Of a DNA stretch of 20,000 bases, positions 1 through 9,200 are shown piece by piece. The notes under the pieces were generated by a model. That model made no database searches. It had not been told where the DNA came from and saw only the letters and a program-made list of their open reading frames with translations. This DNA is from an uncultured virus (IMG/VR IMGVR_UViG_3300021957_000018). Lineage: Duplodnaviria > Heunggongvirae > Uroviricota > Caudoviricetes. Made by a program: the position numbers and the translations under genes. The stretch lies in IMG/VR virus record IMGVR_UViG_3300021957_000018. The stretch is one strand, 5' to 3'. Position 1 is the stretch's first letter; each line of letters starts with the position of its first letter.

Positions 1-1497
1 TGGGTCGTTACCTTCCGCTTCAAGTTGTGCTAACCTAAATACTCTTTTAGCATCCTCTCTTACTAGTTCTCTCATCTCCATATATTGATCTTCAGAAAGA
101 TTAAATATATTGTCGTATATGTAGTCTGTAGCAAATAATTTAGAATCTTTCATTTGATTAGCTAAATCTATCTTCTCTTTCATAAGAGCGACTTTTTCTT
201 GTTCAAATATGATAGACGGATTAGTTAACTTTATTTCAAAGTTAGTAAGGTTTTCACCTGTAAATCCTTGAGTATATAAATGTACTAAAGCTATTTTGGT
301 TAACTCTGATTCTAGTATTTTCTGTATTCTTTCTACTGTTCTAGCAAATCTAATATCCTCTGCTGCTAAAGTAGCTTTACCTTGTAAATCACCTTCGTAT
401 CCAAAGTATGCTTTAGGTATCTTTAGAGCTGCAAACATTTTAGACTGTAAATACTGTATGTCATTAGTACCGTCGTACTCTAAGCCTTTAGTAGTTTCTA
501 TTCTTGTAGAAGCATCGCCACCTCTTACAGGTATGTAGAAATCTTCCATCATATTCTGCATGTTGAACTTCAAGTTATACTGACCTGTCTTTTGATCAAT
601 ATAAGGAGTCTTCTTCATAGTGTTAATAGTTTTTTGCATAAACTGATCAACTTCTGCTGGTGGAATTGAACCAACATTTACGAAAAATGTTCTTTTCTCC
701 GGTGCTCTCATTATACGGTGTATCAGCATAGCGTCTTCCATTAACGTTAACTGCTTGTATATTTTTCTAGCTGGTTCGATAAATGATCTACCGTAAGGTA
801 GGTAGTTAGTATCTGATATTAACCTGAAATGAGCTACTTCGTAATTATCTAAGTGTACTACTTTAGAGTTTTTTTTCTGGTATAAAGTACTAGGATCTTG
901 GCTACTTGCTAACCCGTCTGGGTCAATGGCGAAAGAGACTTTAGCAGGATTTTCTGGATCTAGTCCTTCGTTTCTGCTCATATTATAAACTGTATAAGGG
1001 AGTACGTTGTATACTCCAAACTTTTCTGCAATCTCTAATTTTAAGAAAAAGTCTCCATACTTACACATATTACGTGTCCATGACCATAGGTTAAATTCTA
1101 TGTTTAGCACATCGTAGAATAAATTATAAAGGACTCTTTGGATATTTTCATCTGAGGATTTAATGCTTAAGACTTCACCTTGATCGTTTTTTAATGTTGC
1201 TTCATCCGATAATATATCCAATGCTGATGCTATAATAGGATCGGTATCCATTGCTTCATAATCCGAATATAACTGTATCCTCATTGTTTGGTAGTTAATA
1301 TTTGGATTAAAAATATTAGCGTTACCGTATGAGTGTAGTCTGGTGAATCTGTCTACTAATGAATTAGTTTCATAGTTTCCTGTAGTCTGAATTCGGTTAA
1401 CATCGGCTACTTTAAGCTCTGTTCCTCCTATATTTCTGATTATAACATCAGAAGAGAATAATCTCTGTAGTCTAGTAAATAATGATTTATCAGCCAT
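1..1497 (-). CDS. Portal protein, T4 gp20-like (3' end runs off the window; absent from ORF track)
   Basis: ATG at 1497 reads MADKSLFTRLQRLFSSDVIIRN...LYSDYEAMDTDPIIASALDILSDEA...GRSFIEPARKIYKQLTLMEDAMLIHRIMRAPEKRTFFVNVGSIPP. These blocks match the gp20 family motifs (Y-x-x-M...A-x-x-x-I-x-x-EA; QL-x-x-x-ED-x-x-x-I-x-R-x-x-RAPE-R/K-R-x-F). The gene lies directly downstream of terL. Confidence 0.92.
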   Translation of the reverse strand, partial: MADKSLFTRLQRLFSSDVIIRNIGGTELKVADVNRIQTTGNYETNSLVDRFTRLHSYGNANIFNPNINYQTMRIQLYSDYEAMDTDPIIASALDILSDEATLKNDQGEVLSIKSSDENIQRVLYNLFYDVLNIEFNLWSWTRNMCKYGDFFLKLEIAEKFGVYNVLPYTVYNMSRNEGLDPENPAKVSFAIDPDGLASSQDPSTLYQKKNSKVVHLDNYEVAHFRLISDTNYLPYGRSFIEPARKIYKQLTLMEDAMLIHRIMRAPEKRTFFVNVGSIPPAEVDQFMQKTINTMKKTPYIDQKTGQYNLKFNMQNMMEDFYIPVRGGDASTRIETTKGLEYDGTNDIQYLQSKMFAALKIPKAYFGYEGDLQGKATLAAEDIRFARTVERIQKILESELTKIALVHLYTQGFTGENLTNFEIKLTNPSIIFEQEKVALMKEKIDLANQMKDSKLFATDYIYDNIFNLSEDQYMEMRELVREDAKRVFRLAQLEAEGNDP

Positions 1498-1524
1498 TAA
1501 TGATCAGTTTTGTTTAATATATAT

Positions 1525-1533
1525 TATAAATAG
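1525..1533 (-). promoter_or_regulatory. Putative late-promoter-like motif (class B) upstream of portal
   Basis: Minus strand CTATTTATA, 27 nt before the portal ATG, in the intergenic gap. Confidence 0.55.
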
Positions 1534-1538
1534 CAGGT

Positions 1539-3110
1539 TTATAACAACCAAGATATATCTTCTTGTCCATACCCATTATCTACAATATACGGATTATTTT
1601 GCTGGTTTCCAACTGATTTCATTACAGCTTTGTTTTTAGCATTAAGGTTAGTAAAGGATGATAACTGTGCTCTAGCTAAGTCCATACCCTGTTGTCTTAA
1701 TCTTAATGCTGTATCTCTAACATATAATGCTGTTGCACATGATATTATTAAATCATCGTTATAGTTAACCTGTGCTTGAGGTTTTCCATTCTTCCATACA
1801 AATACTCTCATTTCTCCTAGCAAACGCTTAGATTGTAGGGTAACACCTTTTTCTCTTATGTACTCTATTATCTTCGCTATTACTAGAGGTCTAGTTCTTA
1901 CTGACATCGTAAAGCCTGGTACTAGCTTATCTCTCTCATACTTCGACATATAGGACTCTACTGTTTCCATTTGGGATGTTGAACTGTAGTATAAGTTTTT
2001 GTACTGTCTTTCTAGAATTTGTTCGATGGTAGCCCAACCAATATTTGCGTTTTCCACTACTAAAAGTGCGTCGTTGTATTCTGATGCTATCCCTACTAAT
2101 ACGTTGCCGTAATCTTTAGGTGATAACTTTCCTTTATACTCTCCTACCTGTACGCAGTTTTCGATATCAAAGATATGAAATGCAGAATAATCTGCTGAGT
2201 CTCCTCTAGCAACATCTGCTACAACCATATATGATTTAGTATAGTCTACTCCTTCCCATATCCATAAGTTACCGTCAACTCCTCTTTTTTCTAGTGGGTC
2301 TTTAATATATGTTTGCTCATAGAACATCATATCATCTGGTTCAAACACTGTATCTCCAGATGCTAGGAAATCACAATCACATTCTTGACCTGCCATTCTT
2401 GGTCCTAAGTCTCTATCTTGTTGCTCTCTCCAATCTTTATTTCTTTCCGGATGTACAGTCCACGGTAGTTTTATAGGTAAAAATGAATTTTCTCCTGATT
2501 CAGCTTTATCCCAAGTTTGATGGAACCAATTACCAATTCCGTTAGGAGTTGATAATGCCATACACTGTCCACCGGTTGCTAAGGTTTGTTGTGCAGCTGT
2601 AAACGTTTCTTCAATGTTATCAATAAAGGCTGCTTCATCGATAAGGAGTAGTGATACTGCCTCCGATCTTGCAGCATCGGCGTTAGAAGATTTAGCTGTA
2701 ATTTTAGATCCATTTTTTAACCTTAAAGATAATTTATTTTTTTCAACTGCTGGTAGCTTTAACCACTTTGGAAGCTGGTCGTACATAAACATAGTTTTAG
2801 AAACTAAGTTACGTGCAGTTGCTTGAGTTGTTGCTAAAGCTAGTACGTTCTTATCTTTATGAAACAACATTAACCATAATGAGTAACCTGCAGCTAGAGT
2901 TGATATACCTAGCTGTCTAGATTTTAAAGTAATAAGAAATTGATTATCTCTAAATAAATGTAACACCTTACCTTGAAAAGGGTAAAGGTTAAATAGTATT
3001 CGACCTCTAGTAGGATGCTGTATATAGCAGTATTTCCTCATGAAGTACTCTGGATCTTTAGCACACTTGATATACTCCTGCGCTATAATCTTTTTTATGT
3101 CTTTTGCCAT
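1539..3110 (-). CDS. terL: Terminase large subunit (T4 gp17-like)
   Basis: 523 aa. Adenine-binding LYPFQ, Walker A-like KSRQLGIST, Walker B LLLIDEAAF, motif III STPNG, QECDCDF linker, RNase H-like nuclease acidic residues (VADVARG, DYSAF, NDDLI). Confidence 0.96.
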   Translation of the reverse strand: MAKDIKKIIAQEYIKCAKDPEYFMRKYCYIQHPTRGRILFNLYPFQGKVLHLFRDNQFLITLKSRQLGISTLAAGYSLWLMLFHKDKNVLALATTQATARNLVSKTMFMYDQLPKWLKLPAVEKNKLSLRLKNGSKITAKSSNADAARSEAVSLLLIDEAAFIDNIEETFTAAQQTLATGGQCMALSTPNGIGNWFHQTWDKAESGENSFLPIKLPWTVHPERNKDWREQQDRDLGPRMAGQECDCDFLASGDTVFEPDDMMFYEQTYIKDPLEKRGVDGNLWIWEGVDYTKSYMVVADVARGDSADYSAFHIFDIENCVQVGEYKGKLSPKDYGNVLVGIASEYNDALLVVENANIGWATIEQILERQYKNLYYSSTSQMETVESYMSKYERDKLVPGFTMSVRTRPLVIAKIIEYIREKGVTLQSKRLLGEMRVFVWKNGKPQAQVNYNDDLIISCATALYVRDTALRLRQQGMDLARAQLSSFTNLNAKNKAVMKSVGNQQNNPYIVDNGYGQEDISWLL

Positions 3111-3112
3111 AA

Positions 3113-4567
3113 CTAACTTATTTTAACTCCCGAAGAAGTAATAAACAGTGATTTGCCGCTCCAACCTCCTGCTGATCTTGTGCGTACTGTAACAGGTATT
3201 ATAACATCTTTTAATTCTCCTGATGTTTTTATTTTAAATTTGACAGTAAACGATTGTGAACTACCGTCGTAATTGTTTGAAATATCTTTTATATCGCTAC
3301 TAGAATCTACTGTAACTACACTTCTTAATAGTTTGTTTTCGGATACATCTTTTATTTTTGACCCGGATTCTTGTCCTATTAGTAATTTATAAGGACAAGG
3401 TGTTTCTCCTTCTACTACTGTTCCGTATGTATAAGCTGCTATAGAATTTAAAAAGTACTTTAGAGTTTGAGGATTAGATAGCATTTTGTTTAACCCATCT
3501 ATTATATTGTTTCTAAATGGGTGATAAAAATCTTTACCGTAAAACTCTAAATTGTCTTTTTGAAACTCTACTGCTAAATCTGCGAACGCATCTCTACTTG
3601 TAGTTTCTGAAAAGCTTTCTTTTGAAATATCAAAAGTACTAATAGCAGATTTTGCGTTAGGTTTTGTAATTGAATTAGATACTTTATTCCAGGAGCTATT
3701 AATAAGTTTCTTTATTTCTTCTGTAATACTTCCGTCTAGTTTATCAAAAAAAGCTACAATATTAGTATTGAACTTAGGAGTCTTATCTTCTCCGCTAGCT
3801 ATTTTATTTGAATAACCTATGTACTCTCCATTGCTTAATTCTATTATAATATCAGATGGATTTTTTGAATTTATATTTGCAGGTTTACCTCTAGGAGTCC
3901 AATACAAGTTATTAATACTTACATCCTTTAAATCACTCTTTAATGCAACTGAGTTGTTATATCCTATCTTTATGTCTCTTTCAGGGGTTTCGTCTTTTTG
4001 TATTAACTCTATCAATTGAGAATAACTTATCTCATCTCCTTCTCCTGTTAGTACTCCGGTACCACCTTGCTTATCTAGTATTTCTTCGACATCTGTAAAT
4101 AAAGGGTGTTTTAAGAAGTATAGAGATAGAAATTCATTGACGTTAGAAGATGCTGTTGTGTCTTTTCTAGTCTTTTGTCCGTAGTGTGATACTACTTTAG
4201 ATTTAGGTATAATAATAAATTGACCTATTGATGTTTCTAAGTCTTTAAATAGTTCAAACTTAGCTGATCCTCTTAATGCTAATATAGGTTCTTTAGCTGT
4301 ATCTGCAACTGCTTTATATATAAGGTTGTCAAATGCAATGTTTTTATCGTTTAGTAGTTTCCTAACCCTTGCATCTAACTCAGAGTCTATATTATAAAAT
4401 GGATTAAATACTCCTTTACTTTGGTACTTAGGAGAGACTGTGAGCTCATTAAGATCAAAACCAAACATAGATTCAAACAAAGCCATATCCTCTTGATTGT
4501 TAATGTCAGGAAATCCTTTTTTGGTCTTATAGGACCATTCTAGTAAAACTCTATCTATAAGATTCAT
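3113..4567 (-). CDS. Hypothetical protein with putative PD-(D/E)xK-like nuclease core and N-terminal leader domain
   Basis: 484-aa ORF. PSDIIIELSNGEYIGYSNK resembles the D-x(n)-G-x-S-x-K variant of the restriction-endonuclease fold, with upstream helix NVNEFLS. Leader MNLIDRVLLEWSYKTKKGFPD. Confidence 0.55.
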   Translation of the reverse strand: MNLIDRVLLEWSYKTKKGFPDINNQEDMALFESMFGFDLNELTVSPKYQSKGVFNPFYNIDSELDARVRKLLNDKNIAFDNLIYKAVADTAKEPILALRGSAKFELFKDLETSIGQFIIIPKSKVVSHYGQKTRKDTTASSNVNEFLSLYFLKHPLFTDVEEILDKQGGTGVLTGEGDEISYSQLIELIQKDETPERDIKIGYNNSVALKSDLKDVSINNLYWTPRGKPANINSKNPSDIIIELSNGEYIGYSNKIASGEDKTPKFNTNIVAFFDKLDGSITEEIKKLINSSWNKVSNSITKPNAKSAISTFDISKESFSETTSRDAFADLAVEFQKDNLEFYGKDFYHPFRNNIIDGLNKMLSNPQTLKYFLNSIAAYTYGTVVEGETPCPYKLLIGQESGSKIKDVSENKLLRSVVTVDSSSDIKDISNNYDGSSQSFTVKFKIKTSGELKDVIIPVTVRTRSAGGWSGKSLFITSSGVKIS

Positions 4568-4578
4568 TTATGAGTTTA

Positions 4579-4800
4579 TTATAAACCGTTTTCTTCGATG
4601 TAATCCTCTAATACTGACTGTAAGGCAATATGAGCAGATGTTCCTGGTTGTTCATCCATAAGATTTATAGCAGTTTTAGCTATTTGCATAATAACTTCTT
4701 CTCCTTCTTGGTTAGCGTAAAATTGATGATCACTTTCTTGATCTTCTTTTACATTATTTCTATTTTCTGCTAAAAATTTTCTTAAATCAAAATTATCCAT
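4579..4800 (-). CDS. Small acidic hypothetical protein, FDLRKFLxEN leader
   Basis: 73-aa ORF with A-rich leader (aaacaaatacaATG). N-terminus MDNFDLRKFLAENR is shared with the neighbouring gene. Confidence 0.8.
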   Translation of the reverse strand: MDNFDLRKFLAENRNNVKEDQESDHQFYANQEGEEVIMQIAKTAINLMDEQPGTSAHIALQSVLEDYIEENGL

Positions 4801-5119
4801 TGTATTTGTTTTAAATCTTTTAGTATTCTACTTCTTTTCCTTCAGCGTTAAATTTATATACAACTGCATTATCTCCATCTCTCATTTCGATAGCTACTAC
4901 TTCATCCTCTTCTCTCTCATTTTCTGGGACTGGTGTGATATTATCTATTCTCATACCGTCGTAGTTAGAGTATTCTCCTACTGTATATACCTCCCCGGTT
5001 GGAAAAGTAACAGAATTAATAATTTCTTTTTTAGTAAATTTTACTTCACTTAAAAGTTTAGTAGAGTTAGTAGCTCTATTTTCTATTAAAAATTTTCTTA
5101 AATCAAAGTTATTCATTGT
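4759..5119. repeat. Two-copy direct repeat (~45 nt; about 4759-4803 and 5075-5119) encoding the shared N-terminal peptide
   Basis: An identical 21-mer taaaaattttcttaaatcaaa lies at 4771-4791 and 5087-5107. Each copy is flanked by tctattttct and by the start codon. Confidence 0.85.
4820..5116 (-). CDS. Small acidic hypothetical protein, FDLRKFLxEN leader
   Basis: 98-aa ORF with A-rich leader (aaaataaaacacaATG). N-terminus MNNFDLRKFLIENR. Confidence 0.8.
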   Translation of the reverse strand: MNNFDLRKFLIENRATNSTKLLSEVKFTKKEIINSVTFPTGEVYTVGEYSNYDGMRIDNITPVPENEREEDEVVAIEMRDGDNAVVYKFNAEGKEVEY

Positions 5120-5137
5120 GTTTTATTTTTATTTTAT

Positions 5138-6268
5138 TTATACTTCTGGTTCTTCTGCTGGTTCTTCAAAATCGACTGGTTCATCTGTTAGGTCAGCTCC
5201 TCCACCTTCTTCTCCTCCTACATCTGCTGTATCATCTCCTCCGAGAGCATCTACTCCGGAATCTCCACCGCCTTCTTCTCCGGGGAAGTCTCCTCCTCCG
5301 CCTCCAGATGATCCACTATCTGTATCTGCTGGTTCTGCTGGTTCTTCTGGGGAACCCATTGGACCTTCTTTATATAGCACTGATAGTTTATCTAATGCTT
5401 GCTGGTATTCGGATATTTTATTTATGTAATAGCGTTTACCTAGTATCTGTGCTTCAAATCCTTCTCCTAACCATTTCAATATGTAATCTTGTCCATTAGA
5501 TAAGTTAACTTTAAATGCAGTAGGTCTAGGAGAGATCCAATCTATAGATGTTACAAACTCTTTAAAGTCTTTAGTTTGCAGTTTTATTAAGGCTGCTTTT
5601 AATGTTGGAAATTTTTGAATCATTTTATCGGTAGCGTCTTCTAAGACTGCTCCTTTTTCTGCTGATTCTTTTACTCCTACTTTATGTTTATCTTTTAGTA
5701 CTGTTTGTTTCTCTGTATCTGAAAGCTTATTGTAGTCTTTATTGAATACTCTATGAGCTATAAGATCTAATCTAAGCTCTTCTTCTTGGCTGTATTTTTT
5801 CTTTAATGCATCTACAGACTCTTCCATTACTCTCCTCATTTTCATAAGTTCATATTGATCAGGTCTCTCTGTTCTTAAGTACCTTTGAAGTTTTCTGAAG
5901 TTTGTTTTTATTAAGTCAAATAATTCTCTAGCTGCTTTATCAGTTCTTACATCAGAATTACCCATTAATCCTTTTATATCGCCTACAATATCTGAGAAAT
6001 TGCTATACAACTCTTCAAAAGAAGGTAGAGATATAGGTTTATGTCCTATATTTCCTGTTGAATCGTCAACAGACATTGTCTTAAAATATGTTTTCATATC
6101 AGAAGATACAAAATCTTTATCAGGCCATTTTGATACGCCGTATCTTTTTTCTATACTGGCTCTAAAAGATTTAGGAAGATCTTCTAAACCTAGTGTCCTT
6201 CTTTCTTCTTCTTCCTGTATATTAAGTTCTGCGTAAGATTCTAATATAAGTTTTTCTAATTTATGCAT
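5138..6268 (-). CDS. Hypothetical multi-module protein with Gly/acidic disordered C-terminal tail (possible head-associated protein)
   Basis: 376-aa ORF. Leader MHKLEKLILE, internal VMEE/VKE/VLE sites, C-terminal ~70 aa rich in G/E/D/P. Confidence 0.75.
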   Translation of the reverse strand: MHKLEKLILESYAELNIQEEEERRTLGLEDLPKSFRASIEKRYGVSKWPDKDFVSSDMKTYFKTMSVDDSTGNIGHKPISLPSFEELYSNFSDIVGDIKGLMGNSDVRTDKAARELFDLIKTNFRKLQRYLRTERPDQYELMKMRRVMEESVDALKKKYSQEEELRLDLIAHRVFNKDYNKLSDTEKQTVLKDKHKVGVKESAEKGAVLEDATDKMIQKFPTLKAALIKLQTKDFKEFVTSIDWISPRPTAFKVNLSNGQDYILKWLGEGFEAQILGKRYYINKISEYQQALDKLSVLYKEGPMGSPEEPAEPADTDSGSSGGGGGDFPGEEGGGDSGVDALGGDDTADVGGEEGGGADLTDEPVDFEEPAEEPEV

Positions 6269-6271
6269 AGC

Positions 6272-9200
6272 TTACTTCTTTTTCTTTTTATACCCTTTAT
6301 GCCAGTGTTCATTAGTAGTTTTAATATCTAGCTCACTAACAGGAATATCTTTTACTGTTTTTCCGCTTTCAAATAAAACATCGTAATGAGTAACTATATA
6401 CTTTTTACCTTCTTTTACTAGGGTATGTTTTTCTGGAATACAGTTTCCTTTACCGTATGTTTCGTGTACTACTTTAGCAGCACAGTCGTGTTTAAATCCA
6501 GGTCCTGATTCTTCTAATTCATTTTTATTAACTAAAGTTAATTTAAAAGAGTCGTGTAAGCCAGTTTTCTTTTTACCCGGTTTACCGTTAGTAACTCTTA
6601 CGTAAGCATCATGTCTTCCAACTTTCCCGTCTACTCTTTGGTAAATATTACCGTGTTGATTTTTAACATAATCTCCAGGCATAATTTGACCTCCTTTAGC
6701 TTCGTTTATATCGGCATCTAATTCAAACTTCTTAAATTTATTTAAATCGTTTAAACTTTTCAATTCAACTCTTTTGCCGTCATTATCTAATCCGTAAATA
6801 TTACCATCATACTTACCCATTCCATCAGAACGTTTACCTGCTAATTTCTGTTTTAATTCAGCTCCTGCTCTACGTTTAGATACTGATGAAGTCATTCCTA
6901 GGTCTTGTCTAGTAGCTTCTTCCATATGTCTCTTACCTAAACCAGGTAAGTTTCTTAAGTCCTGTACGTACTCATCTGTCTTAACAATAATAGTACCTAG
7001 ATTAGTATCTTCTCCATCAGGATCTTTAAATAAGGTAATTTTGGATACTCCAGGATTAAAGCTTGGATCTTTGTCTTTAAAGTTACTGTTGTAATATTGT
7101 GTTTGGTGCATTTGGTAATCTTCACCTTCATGCTCTAAATTATGATATTGAACGTGAACAAACATTGGTGCATATTGACCCATTCTTTGTTTGATAGGAC
7201 TCTTATCATGTGCTTTTAAAGCTTCTACGGCATCGTTTTCACTAGCTACACCCTTAGGTAATAGGTCTGCGAATATTTGTTTACCGAACATATCAGGTCC
7301 TCTTTTGTTAGCATCATCTATTAATTCTGCTCCTTTAAATCTATGGTCTGTAAATTCTTTTATAATTTCTTTATTTTCAGCTAATATAGATTTAAATACG
7401 TCAATAGAAACTTTTCTTTTCTTCCCTTTATGTTCATACTCTACAAAATCCTTTGAGCCTGGTTTTTTAATATAGTCGGTTATTTTTACATCTACAGGTA
7501 CTTTTTGATTCTTAGCTGCATTGTATTTTTTTATCGCTACTACTTTACCAATCTTCATTGATACGTCTTCATTTACTGCATCAAACTTTCTCTGCTTTAA
7601 AGCTGCTTGTATAGCAAATACTGCATCTTGCTCTTTATATCCGTATCTCTTAGCCATTGCTTTAATAAAGCGATCTACTGATTTAGATACTTCTGGGTTT
7701 AATGACTCTCTAATTACTTCATTAAAGTCATCTTCGTCAAAATCGTAGAATCCTAATCTTTCTAATTCTTCTTTATCGTATTCTTGAGATAACCTACTTC
7801 TAAATTCTGAGATTGAGCTTATCCATTCCATTAAAACTTCTACAGCTCCAGGATTATCTTCTATAAATTCATCAAAACCTTGTCTATATCCTAATGCTCC
7901 AAATATTTCATCTAAATCTCTAGAAGCATATTCGTTTATCTTCTTTTCGTCCAACTCTTGTCCATGATGTGTACCGGCTACTGCTCTTTCTAATTCTTTT
8001 TCTAGTTTCTTTTTAGAAATTGAAAGTGTTTTTAGTTGATCTATTACTGATTTATCGCCTGCTTTATATTTCTTAGCAAGATCTTTCATTATATTAACTA
8101 CTTTACTATGTGCTTTTTGTATTTTAGCAGCTTTGATTTCATTCATATTTTTACCTTCTTTATAATAATCAGGATCCTCGTAATAATCGTCGTCTTCTTT
8201 TCTACGTTGGTCGTAGTCTGTATAAGCATCGTATCTATCTTGATCGTCTTGTGCTGCGTTTAGCATATCGTTTAAGTCATGATCACCTTCTAAATCAGGA
8301 TTCTTTAAAGTCACTGCGTTAGGTAAATCATCTCCTCTACCTATATGAAGTTCAAAATCTTGTCCTTCTTTATATTTAGACTTTAAATGATCAACTACAT
8401 CTTGAATTCTATCTAAATCATATCCAAAGGTAACTAAGTGTCCTTCGTTTTCGTTTACTTTACCAACTGCTGTATCGTAATCTAAAGGTTTAATTCTACC
8501 TGATGCTTTTTCTATAGCGTTGTCAATCTTATTTAACATATCACCATATCTATCAGCTACTGGTCCTCCTGTTGGTTCGATTTCTGGATCATTCTCCATC
8601 TCTCTTTCTATCTCAGCTCTTTTATCTTTAAGCTGTTTGATTAAGAGTCTCTTTCTACCGTTTATTCTTTGATCTTTTCTATCACGGGCGTGCATTTGAT
8701 CTACTTTCTTAAGATCAGCGTTTCTTTTTTTAGCAACTCTCATTTTCATGAGAACAGGATCGTTAAGGTCAGTAGCTTCATCCATATCTGCTGAATGATC
8801 TGTTAATTCAATATCGTTAGCTCGTAAATCCATTACTACATCGTAAACGAACGCATTTGGATCTTCGTCTGGTTCTTGGTAAAATTCTGAATCTTGGTTT
8901 TCTGAGTCATCATACATGTCGTCAAACCCGCTTTCATGTTTAAATATAAAATATATAATCACATTTCCAGCTCCGTCATTGTCGACAACCTCCATCTTAA
9001 CATAAGTTGGATCTACGTTTTGATCTAAGATAGCCATAGCTTTCTTATAATCGTGTGCTTTTACTTTAATATAATGGTGGTCATCTCCTTCACCTTCTCC
9101 TAAGGGACGTCCTTCGTCATCGTACCCTACTCCATGATCTTCTTCATCATCTTTTTGTTCTTGGTCTGGGTTATATTCTTCGTTTAGAGACTTAAAGTGT

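Noticed and set aside
1..3110. Intein or intron in terL or portal
   Set aside because: TerL is an ordinary 523 aa with contiguous motifs, and no insertion was noticed in the visible part of the portal.
5150..5350. tcc/tct-rich quasi-repeat
   Set aside because: Explained by Gly/Glu codons of the low-complexity protein tail; not a discrete DNA repeat.
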